A stretch of DNA of 16,188 nucleotides from IMG/VR virus record IMGVR_UViG_3300021963_000032. One strand, written 5' to 3'. Below the pieces are notes generated by a model. It did no database searches, had not been told where the DNA came from, and worked only from the letters and a program-made list of their open reading frames with translations. This DNA comes from a virus. Lineage: Duplodnaviria; Heunggongvirae; Uroviricota; Caudoviricetes. The first letter of the stretch is position 1. Each line of letters begins with the position of its first letter. This document shows, piece by piece, positions 1 to 5,997 of the stretch. Position numbers and translations under genes: made by a program.

Positions 1-225
1 GAGGAAGCTATTATAGGCCTAGACGCTTCTCAAGAGGTAGTCAGAGTAGTGTACGACATTGACGCTATTATTTCAATCCTAATGGAGCGAGATGAGATGA
101 CAGAGGAAGATGCACTGGAGCATTTCGGCTACAACATTCAAGGAGCCTACGTAGGCGAAGGAACACCAATCTACGTTTATGGCGGCGGACACGAAAGAGT
201 ATTAGAATTAATAAGCAATTTATAA
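1..225 (+). CDS. 5'-truncated hypothetical phage protein (74 aa visible)
   Basis: Frame 1 is open from base 1 to TAA at 223-225 and reads EEAIIGLDASQEVVRVVYDIDAIISILMERDEMTEEDALEHFGYNIQGAYVGEGTPIYV. It resembles from memory a common aquatic-phage family (AIIG...VVYD...EEA.E.F.FN..GAYVGE.TPI). It is not in the ORF track because the start lies upstream. Confidence 0.8.
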   Translation, partial: EEAIIGLDASQEVVRVVYDIDAIISILMERDEMTEEDALEHFGYNIQGAYVGEGTPIYVYGGGHERVLELISNL

Positions 226-228
226 GTT

Positions 229-465
229 ATGGAACAATACAAATCACTCTACGAGTACCTAGGAAAAGCAGCAGGTGCTGAACTAGGTAAGAAGGTAGCA
301 GCTGCTGCTTCAGCACAGAAAATTAAACTAACTACACAAGAGGTTAGTAACCCCAAGTATACTGGAACTGTACTAATGTATCCAGTTAACTTCTTAGATG
401 AATACTTCCACCCAGAAGTACAACCAACCTTAGGAGATATTCAAGACGACGAATTACCATTTTAA
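229..465 (+). CDS. Hypothetical protein with an SSB-like acidic C-terminal tip (DDELPF)
   Basis: 78-aa ORF tightly packed between its neighbours, ending IQDDELPF. Confidence 0.8.
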   Translation: MEQYKSLYEYLGKAAGAELGKKVAAAASAQKIKLTTQEVSNPKYTGTVLMYPVNFLDEYFHPEVQPTLGDIQDDELPF

Positions 466-467
466 CT

Positions 468-1241
468 ATGAACAAGAGAATAGAAGATTATAACAAAGTC
501 CTACCAATCATTGAACTATATCGATGTGTGCAATCTGAAGGAAGCCGATTTGGCAGACCTACAGTTGCAGTACGCACAACCGGATGCACGCATAGATGTT
601 TCTTTGGAGAAGGAGGCTGGTGCGATAGTTGGTATACATCGATCCACCCAGAGAAAGGAACATTTACATTCCAGGATATTATTAACATCTACGATGAGAA
701 TCCACACATTAAAGAAATGATGTTGACGGGAGGATCACCAACAATGCACCCAGCATTGGTAAACGAACTAACACACTTCGCTAATGAAAGAGGAATCCTC
801 ATCACAATCGAAACTGAAGGTAGCCATTTCGTACCTACTGACTTTCCTATTGGCCTTATATCTCTCAGTCCAAAGTTTGGTAATTCTGTACCCGTACTTG
901 GTGCTGTTACGCCTCAAGGAGCGATTGTGGATCAAAAAATGATTGATCAACACAATAAGTTTAGAATGAGGCTTGCTACAATGAGTGAGATGATTAACTT
1001 CCATGCAGATTATCATTTCAAACCAGTATGGGATGGAACAGAGAAGAACTTAGAAGAGATCGAAGAACTTCGAGTATTACTTGGTATTCCAAAAGAAAAG
1101 ACGTATATTATGCCAGCAGGCGATACACGAGAGGAGCTAATTAAAATGTATCCACTAGTGTTTGATATGTGTGCTGAGAGAGGTTATAACATGACGGGGC
1201 GAGATCACATTATCGCTTTCGATACAAAAAGAGGAGTATAA
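468..1241 (+). CDS. queE: 7-carboxy-7-deazaguanine synthase (radical SAM, QueE)
   Basis: N-terminal IIELYRCVQSEGSRFGRPTVAVRTTGC matches the QueE F.SIQGEG...G.P..F.R..GC pattern. It also has a Cys triad CTHRCFFGEGGWCDS, LTGGSP and IETEGS, and is co-located with folE and a QueD-like gene. Confidence 0.9.
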   Translation: MNKRIEDYNKVLPIIELYRCVQSEGSRFGRPTVAVRTTGCTHRCFFGEGGWCDSWYTSIHPEKGTFTFQDIINIYDENPHIKEMMLTGGSPTMHPALVNELTHFANERGILITIETEGSHFVPTDFPIGLISLSPKFGNSVPVLGAVTPQGAIVDQKMIDQHNKFRMRLATMSEMINFHADYHFKPVWDGTEKNLEEIEELRVLLGIPKEKTYIMPAGDTREELIKMYPLVFDMCAERGYNMTGRDHIIAFDTKRGV

Positions 1242-1408
1242 TGCACGAACTGTTACACTTTATAGGAATATGTCCTGATAGTTTCACTCACACTAGCTTG
1301 ATTGAAGTTGTAGTGACAAACTATCAAACACTAAATGATTTAATTAATTTAAACTTAAAAAGCTATGTTGCTAAATTCACATCAAATAGAGGAGCATCTA
1401 CAAACTAA
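1241..1408 (+). CDS. Small hypothetical protein (55 aa, MHELLHFIGICPDSFTH...), missed by the ORF track
   Basis: ATG overlaps the queE stop (TAATG at 1239-1243) and the frame is open to TAA at 1406-1408. It fills an otherwise empty 120-nt gap and overlaps the start of the next gene. Confidence 0.6.
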   Translation: MHELLHFIGICPDSFTHTSLIEVVVTNYQTLNDLINLNLKSYVAKFTSNRGASTN

Positions 1409-1847
1409 TGGTTTGGGAAGCAAAGCTCAGGTAGGTTATGATTTGACCTTAAAATCAGTAAAGATGGTTATGGGTGGTGCAGTTACTCAAGACAAGACTA
1501 TCGTAGAAGATTACACAGAAGTAACTCCATTCCAAAATGCAAATGGTAAGTTTATGTTCAAACTTTCACCAGGAGTTTATTCGCTGACATTCGAGCAAGG
1601 TTGTAAGCTACCCAATAACGTAACTGCATTCATTCGTCACCGTTCAAGCGTACTACGATGCGGTGCAGAGATCACTTCGGGAGTTTATGATCCAGGATTC
1701 GAGGTGGATGAGATGGGTGGTGTAATGTTTGCACACAGAGTGCTTGTTATTGAAAAAGGAGCTAGAGTAGCTCAGATTATCATGATGGAGAATACTCCAG
1801 CCGATATGTACGATGGTCAATGGCAGGGTAGTAAAGACTTGAAGTAA
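1365..1847 (+). CDS. dut: Trimeric dUTPase / dCTP deaminase-fold protein (archaeal-type dUTPase-like)
   Basis: Motifs GYDLTL, RSSVLRCG, GVYDPGF, GARVAQ and C-terminal YDGQWQG. The Dcd catalytic Glu (the TLE motif after DPG) is not evident, which favours a dUTPase over a deaminase. Confidence 0.75.
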   Translation: MLLNSHQIEEHLQTNGLGSKAQVGYDLTLKSVKMVMGGAVTQDKTIVEDYTEVTPFQNANGKFMFKLSPGVYSLTFEQGCKLPNNVTAFIRHRSSVLRCGAEITSGVYDPGFEVDEMGGVMFAHRVLVIEKGARVAQIIMMENTPADMYDGQWQGSKDLK

Positions 1848-2188
1848 TGAAGAAGTTTATAGAAGTAAGAGTAGATGTAGAAGGATTACATCACTGGCCG
1901 GATTGCAACTTGCCACACGTAGAGTATCTAAAGCACCTACACAGACATACATTCCAGATTAGCTGTAGAGCTGAGGTGAAGCATGGTGATCGTGATATCG
2001 AGTTTATCGATTTCAAACACAAATTGAAAAAGTATATTGCAAGCACTTGGTACGATCCAACTTACGGCTGTTGTAACTTTGGTGCAATGTCATGTGAAAT
2101 GATTGCAGAAGACTTACTAAATATGTTTGGACTTTGTCTATGCTCGGTGTCGGAAGATGGAGAATTTTTTGGTATAGTTGAGATATGA
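1847..2188 (+). CDS. dpdL: QueD-like T-fold protein with LxxxHRHxF motif (DpdL-like; putative CDG decarboxylase or atypical QueD)
   Basis: LKHLHRHTF replaces the QueD CxxxHGH motif. It also carries IEFIDFK and SCEMIAE (QueD: T.E.IA) and terminal VSEDGE (QueD: V.Et), and lies between queE and folE. Confidence 0.65.
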   Translation: MKKFIEVRVDVEGLHHWPDCNLPHVEYLKHLHRHTFQISCRAEVKHGDRDIEFIDFKHKLKKYIASTWYDPTYGCCNFGAMSCEMIAEDLLNMFGLCLCSVSEDGEFFGIVEI

Positions 2189-2628
2189 AGATAACTTATT
2201 TATGTGGACGCATCTGCAGTGGTAAGAGTACTTACAAACCTGACACTAGAAGATTAATGGTATCCGATATTGTTCGTAATGTTGTTAGAAGTAATGACAG
2301 AGAGCGATTGCAAAACTCAATGCACCTAGAGAATGACATCTTACACGGCTTGGCAATGTGCATCGATTACGATATGGAGATGGGTGTGCAAGAGTTAATC
2401 ATCGATGGTATTCGACAACCGTCAATCTTAGAAAGACTATCAGCAGTTTATCCAGGAGAGATAGTATGGCTAGAGGTTTCACTCGAGGAACGCAAAAGAC
2501 GTTACGAAGCTAGAGGAGCTGAGAAAGATACAGAACCATTTGAAGTAGCAGATAATAAGCCAATAGAGTTGGAATGTCAGAAAATTTATAGTATATTCAG
2601 TAAACAATTAAAAGTTATAAACAATTAA
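2185..2628 (+). CDS. P-loop nucleoside/nucleotide monophosphate kinase-like protein
   Basis: Walker [10 protein letters not shown], followed by IIDGIR and a lid-like [10 protein letters not shown]. This pattern is typical of the adenylate/dephospho-CoA/dNMP kinase-like fold. It overlaps the upstream gene by ATGA. Confidence 0.7.
   Translation: MKITYLCGRICSGKSTYKPDTRRLMVSDIVRNVVRSNDRERLQNSMHLENDILHGLAMCIDYDMEMGVQELIIDGIRQPSILERLSAVYPGEIVWLEVSLEERKRRYEARGAEKDTEPFEVADNKPIELECQKIYSIFSKQLKVINN
2569..2599 (+). promoter_or_regulatory. Putative Bacteroidota-type promoter upstream of folE
   Basis: TTG (2569-2571), a 20-nt spacer and TATATTCA (2592-2599). The geometry matches other copies in the window. 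Confidence 0.45.
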
Positions 2629-2630
2629 AT

Positions 2631-3278
2631 ATGGAGTTAATTACAAAAGCAAATGGAAACATTCCTCGTTCAGAAGAGGAAAAAAAGCAGATGATCGAAA
2701 AGGCTGCTGAGTACTACGGAGGATTCTTAACAGCATTAGGTTTTGATTGGAAAGCTGATCCGCATAGCGATCGTACTCCACACCGTGTAGCTAAAGCTTG
2801 GGTAAATGATTTGATCGCTGGATCTATCTCACCAGAGCCTGAAGTAACAGCATTCCCTAATGACGAAGGTTATACGGGTCTTATCTGTCAGACACGCATT
2901 CCAGTAATGAGTATGTGTGCACACCACAACTTAACTTTCTCAGGAGTAGCTCACGTAGCTTACATTCCAGGAAAGGATAAGGGTGACTTGGTGATTGGAT
3001 TGAGTAAGTTGAATCGTATTGTAGATTTCTACTCTCGTCGTCCAAACATTCAAGAATCTTTAACTAAGCAAATTCACGACCACATTGAGAAGTTGTGTGT
3101 AGGTAATAGAGGAGTTGCAGTAGTAATCGAATCACAACACAATTGTGTTAGATGTCGTGGAATTAAACAAGACAGTGTAATGAAGACTTCACAGATGTCA
3201 GGATATTTCTGGACCAATGAAATCGGTACACGTCAAGAATTTTTTAACCTAATTGATCAAAGTCGTTATGGAGTTTAA
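2631..3278 (+). CDS. folE: GTP cyclohydrolase I
   Basis: [52 protein letters not shown] and HNCVRCRG, which include the Zn ligands and conserved FolE motifs. Confidence 0.95.
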   Translation: MELITKANGNIPRSEEEKKQMIEKAAEYYGGFLTALGFDWKADPHSDRTPHRVAKAWVNDLIAGSISPEPEVTAFPNDEGYTGLICQTRIPVMSMCAHHNLTFSGVAHVAYIPGKDKGDLVIGLSKLNRIVDFYSRRPNIQESLTKQIHDHIEKLCVGNRGVAVVIESQHNCVRCRGIKQDSVMKTSQMSGYFWTNEIGTRQEFFNLIDQSRYGV

Positions 3279-3621
3279 TAGCAGTAGCACCAGTACTGGT
3301 ACATCATACGTTAACGATAAGTTACTGTACAATGGAATAAATGTAACACCAGGAAATAGCTGGATTACAAGTGGAACAACAATCACGGGAGGATTAACCT
3401 TAAACAACAATACAACAAGTATGAATCAACAAGTAAAAGTAGCAGTGTTTCAAGTAGAGCGAAACAAGCACAATGAGATCAAGTCGTCAACATTTATTGA
3501 TGAGTTTTGGATCGAAAAGAAACCAGGCATCTCAATCGACTTTGCAGTAGCTAAAAAGCTGAATGGCGAGTATGAAGCAGATGAGATTGTAATCAAAGAA
3601 ATCTACACAGTTACTTTGTAA
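3268..3621 (+). CDS. Hypothetical protein with S/T/N/G-rich N-terminus
   Basis: The track starts this ORF at TTG 3253. The in-frame ATG at 3268 ([11 protein letters not shown]...) overlapping the folE end is more likely. The stop at 3621 is 1 nt before the next start. Confidence 0.7.
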   Translation: MEFNSSSTSTGTSYVNDKLLYNGINVTPGNSWITSGTTITGGLTLNNNTTSMNQQVKVAVFQVERNKHNEIKSSTFIDEFWIEKKPGISIDFAVAKKLNGEYEADEIVIKEIYTVTL

Positions 3622-3622
3622 T

Positions 3623-4408
3623 ATGGATTTCTACGTTATATCACCAGTTAGCAACTTGGAGCCAATGAAGCTGGGAGATCGAATCTTTGCATTGGCTCAC
3701 TTATGGGTACAGTTTCCTGAGTATCGAGAGTTTATCAAAGCTCGTAAGCAAGAAGGCTGGTTTGTAACATTAGACAACTCAGCAGCAGAACGAGCATTAG
3801 TTACTGAAGATATTCTAATCAACATCTGCCATGAGTTAATGCCCAATGAGGTAATCGCACCAGACGTGTTGTTTGACAAAGACGCAACAATTGCAAACGC
3901 AAAGTCTTTCAGAGATCGTATGGAGAGTGAAGGCTTACTTGGCAAAATCGATATCTTTTTCTGTCCACAAGGTAAAACAAAAAAAGATTGGCTAGAAGCA
4001 TATACGTTTGGAATGTTTGAAGAGTGGGTTGATGTAATCGGATTCTCTAAGATTGCAATTCCAAATGCATGGTTAGAAGATTATAAAGACGATCAGGGAA
4101 TCAAAGAAGCACGATGGATGGCTTATGATTACTTGAAGGCAGAAGGTGCTTTGGTTAAACCAATCCACTGTCTAGGTCAAGGAGATCCAAGCGAGTTCAG
4201 CTACTATGGCCACCCAATGATGCGAAGCACAGATTCAGTGTATCCAGTATGGGCAGCTATCAATGGTCAGGACTTTAGAAAAGATCATGAGACTCGAACA
4301 CCAACACCACACAAACTTCTTGAAACATATGACATGAAGGATGTGAATATGGAGCTAGTCAAAAAGAACATTCAGTACTTGAGACTCAGCTGCATGGATT
4401 ACGCATAA
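3623..4408 (+). CDS. dpdA: TGT-fold (TIM barrel) guanine transglycosylase-like protein, DpdA-like (possibly DpdA3 type)
   Basis: The motifs appear in TGT order: TLDNSA (cf. DSGG), APDV, CPQG (cf. VQGG), IGFS (cf. IGG), IHCLG (cf. H.LG) and STDS (cf. nucleophile Asp). It is the last gene of the deazaguanine cluster. Confidence 0.65.
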   Translation: MDFYVISPVSNLEPMKLGDRIFALAHLWVQFPEYREFIKARKQEGWFVTLDNSAAERALVTEDILINICHELMPNEVIAPDVLFDKDATIANAKSFRDRMESEGLLGKIDIFFCPQGKTKKDWLEAYTFGMFEEWVDVIGFSKIAIPNAWLEDYKDDQGIKEARWMAYDYLKAEGALVKPIHCLGQGDPSEFSYYGHPMMRSTDSVYPVWAAINGQDFRKDHETRTPTPHKLLETYDMKDVNMELVKKNIQYLRLSCMDYA

Positions 4409-4430
4409 CACCTAACAACTAAACCAAAAG

Positions 4431-4461
4431 AACCAACTCGTAAAAAAGTTGGTTTTTTTTT
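4431..4461 (+). terminator. Rho-independent terminator closing the deazaguanine cluster
   Basis: Stem AACCAACT (4431-4438) / AGTTGGTT (4447-4454) with an 8-nt loop, followed by a T-run to 4461. Confidence 0.75.
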
Positions 4462-4506
4462 GCTCAACTGTTGCATATATGAAATATGTGCCTGACCTTT
4501 AGGTAT
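4461..4506 (+). promoter_or_regulatory. Promoter cassette copy 1
   Basis: TGCTCAACTGTTGCATA-N16-GACCTTTAGGTAT. TTG (4471-4473) is 20 nt from GACCTTTA (4494-4501). It is near-identical to 5046-5091. Confidence 0.7.
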
Positions 4507-4753
4507 GAAAGAGAGAGAGATAAAAGATCAGATTAGTGAAGTGTTCAATCAAGTAAGCTTCCGTAAGTTTGCCCATGCATTTCGAAAAAGCATTGCACCA
4601 TGGTTCTCACGTGAGAGTAACCTCAAGTCAAACGGTGGTCGTGTTGGTCCTAACTACACTTTTGAGGAACATGCATCGTATGTAATCGGTGATGGATCTT
4701 ATAGTGTTACCGAAGAAGAGTTCAACAATTTTATGAAAATCATTAAAAAATAA
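4505..4753 (+). CDS. Hypothetical protein (82 aa)
   Basis: ORF directly after promoter cassette 1. The start is uncertain because the ATG lies within the cassette's GGTATG. Confidence 0.7.
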   Translation: MKEREIKDQISEVFNQVSFRKFAHAFRKSIAPWFSRESNLKSNGGRVGPNYTFEEHASYVIGDGSYSVTEEEFNNFMKIIKK

Positions 4754-4758
4754 GAGAT

Positions 4759-5040
4759 ATGAGTTACCAAATTATCAACGGAGAGTACGTTAAGATGAGA
4801 CAAGAAAGTGAGATGCCACAAAACCCAACGGAGCAATCAATCGAGAATGCTTTAGTAGAGCTGGGAGTGGATTGTGAAGACTTAGAGTTTACTAGTGCAT
4901 TTGGAAGTAGTAAAAGATATATCCGATACAGATACTGGAAAAGTTTACCTATATCGTTTGAAGAGATAATGGAACTAGGTCTTGAGGAGGAAGCTGACTA
5001 CGATGACGACTGTGGTTATAAGTACGTTTATTTTATATAA
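4759..5040 (+). CDS. Hypothetical acidic protein (93 aa)
   Basis: ORF with an AAGAGAT leader before ATG, co-oriented and tightly packed. Confidence 0.75.
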   Translation: MSYQIINGEYVKMRQESEMPQNPTEQSIENALVELGVDCEDLEFTSAFGSSKRYIRYRYWKSLPISFEEIMELGLEEEADYDDDCGYKYVYFI

Positions 5041-5045
5041 AGTTA

Positions 5046-5091
5046 TGCACAACTGTTGCATAAACGAAATTAAGTGACGACCTTTAGGTAT
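5046..5091 (+). promoter_or_regulatory. Promoter cassette copy 2
   Basis: TGCACAACTGTTGCATA-N16-GACCTTTAGGTAT. TTG (5056-5058) is 20 nt from GACCTTTA (5079-5086). Confidence 0.7.
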
Positions 5092-5103
5092 AATTAAAAA
5101 GAG

Positions 5104-5123
5104 AGATATGAATAAAGTAACAA
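5104..5123 (+). repeat. 20-nt exact direct repeat, copy 1 (AGATATGAATAAAGTAACAA)
   Basis: Identical to 5642-5661 and spans the start codon of the ORF at 5108. Confidence 0.9.
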
Positions 5124-5434
5124 ACAAAACAATCGACATTAACGATTTCGAAACGAAAATGGCTTTGAAAGCTATGACATCGGAAGAATTAAGAGCTATC
5201 AACAGTTATGTTGTTGGAATCTTGAAAACTAGAAAAGCTTCGAAGCTTGCTGAGGTTAAACAAGAACTAAGAGAAGGAGCTCCAGTAACAGTGAATCACC
5301 CTCAACTATCCTTTAGAAAGAACCTAGTACTGACTAAGATCAACAAGACTCGTGGAGTTGTTCAAGTGCAAGGCGCTACCGGTGGTTTTGATCAAGGATG
5401 GAATGTTCCACTACAATTAATCCAAATGCGATAA
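5108..5434 (+). CDS. Hypothetical protein, N-terminal helix plus possible SH3/KOW-like beta-barrel
   Basis: The C-terminal half (GAPVTVNHP...VLTKINKTRGVVQV...WNVPLQLI) looks like a small beta-barrel. The fold is inferred. Confidence 0.7.
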   Translation: MNKVTNKTIDINDFETKMALKAMTSEELRAINSYVVGILKTRKASKLAEVKQELREGAPVTVNHPQLSFRKNLVLTKINKTRGVVQVQGATGGFDQGWNVPLQLIQMR

Positions 5435-5437
5435 GAT

Positions 5438-5635
5438 ATGAAAATAGAACAATTCGAAGTAGAAGAAGGCAAGCTCAAAGCTGTCAAAGACATTAGTACG
5501 TTTGGTGGATCAAATATGTGGTTCTTGTATGTGCAAAAGGTAACCAATAACTGGGAACAGATCCAGTGGATGGGAGTGTACAGCATGCAGCAACTATTCC
5601 ACACACAGTTACCAACTTACCCAGACAACGTTTAA
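5438..5635 (+). CDS. Hypothetical protein (65 aa)
   Basis: ORF with an AAGAT leader before ATG, in a packed co-oriented block. Confidence 0.65.
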   Translation: MKIEQFEVEEGKLKAVKDISTFGGSNMWFLYVQKVTNNWEQIQWMGVYSMQQLFHTQLPTYPDNV

Positions 5636-5641
5636 TATAAA

Positions 5642-5661
5642 AGATATGAATAAAGTAACAA
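5642..5661 (+). repeat. 20-nt exact direct repeat, copy 2
   Basis: Identical to 5104-5123 and spans the start codon of the ORF at 5646. Confidence 0.9.
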
Positions 5662-5894
5662 TCAATGTGAAAGATGAACACGGAAAAATCATCAAAACCT
5701 ACGACATGGAGCTCGTAGAGTCATCAACAGTGCAAGAGTTCTATGAGGAAGCTCGTAGAGTCTGGTCTGAATACTATGTAGAATGTGTAATCGGATCGTG
5801 CACTTTATCGAGAGACTTTACGTATGAGCAAGAGATGATTATGCTCGCAGAAGAGGAGTCTTATAAACAATTCCTAACACTTGCAGGAGTATGA
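5646..5894 (+). CDS. Hypothetical protein (82 aa)
   Basis: ORF beginning MNKVT, the same first five residues as the ORF at 5108. Confidence 0.7.
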   Translation: MNKVTINVKDEHGKIIKTYDMELVESSTVQEFYEEARRVWSEYYVECVIGSCTLSRDFTYEQEMIMLAEEESYKQFLTLAGV

Positions 5895-5995
5895 TAATAC
5901 TAAAACTAATCTTTGCAGCTGCATTAGGTGCACTCTGCATCACTGGAATGATATTATCTGTAGCAATAATTAACGATTCACTTAAAAAGAAATAG
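5891..5995 (+). CDS. Small single-pass membrane protein (34 aa), missed by the ORF track
   Basis: MIILKLIFAAALGALCITGMILSVAIINDSLKKK. It has an ATGA overlap with the upstream stop, TAG at 5993-5995 and the next ATG at 5998, with a hydrophobic stretch followed by a basic tail. Confidence 0.65.
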   Translation: MIILKLIFAAALGALCITGMILSVAIINDSLKKK

Positions 5996-5997
5996 AC

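Noticed and set aside
488-1016. Short alternative-frame and minus-strand ORFs over queE (488-688, 511-720, 516-707, 768-1016)
   Set aside because: They lie entirely within a well-supported gene, have no recognisable motifs and are typical shadow ORFs.
1847-2188. Calling this gene canonical queD
   Set aside because: The signature CxxxHGH is replaced by LxxxHRHxF.
3253-3267. TTG start given by the ORF track for the 122-aa ORF
   Set aside because: The in-frame ATG at 3268 gives a shorter, more typical overlap with folE.
3623-4408. Calling this gene a tRNA-guanine transglycosylase (tgt)
   Set aside because: It lacks the Zn-binding CxCxxC...H site, is much shorter than bacterial Tgt, and its phage context favours a DNA-acting DpdA.
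4461-5661. CRISPR-like array from the repeated cassettes
   Set aside because: There are only pairs of repeats separated by 500+ nt of coding sequence, with no regular repeat-spacer period.
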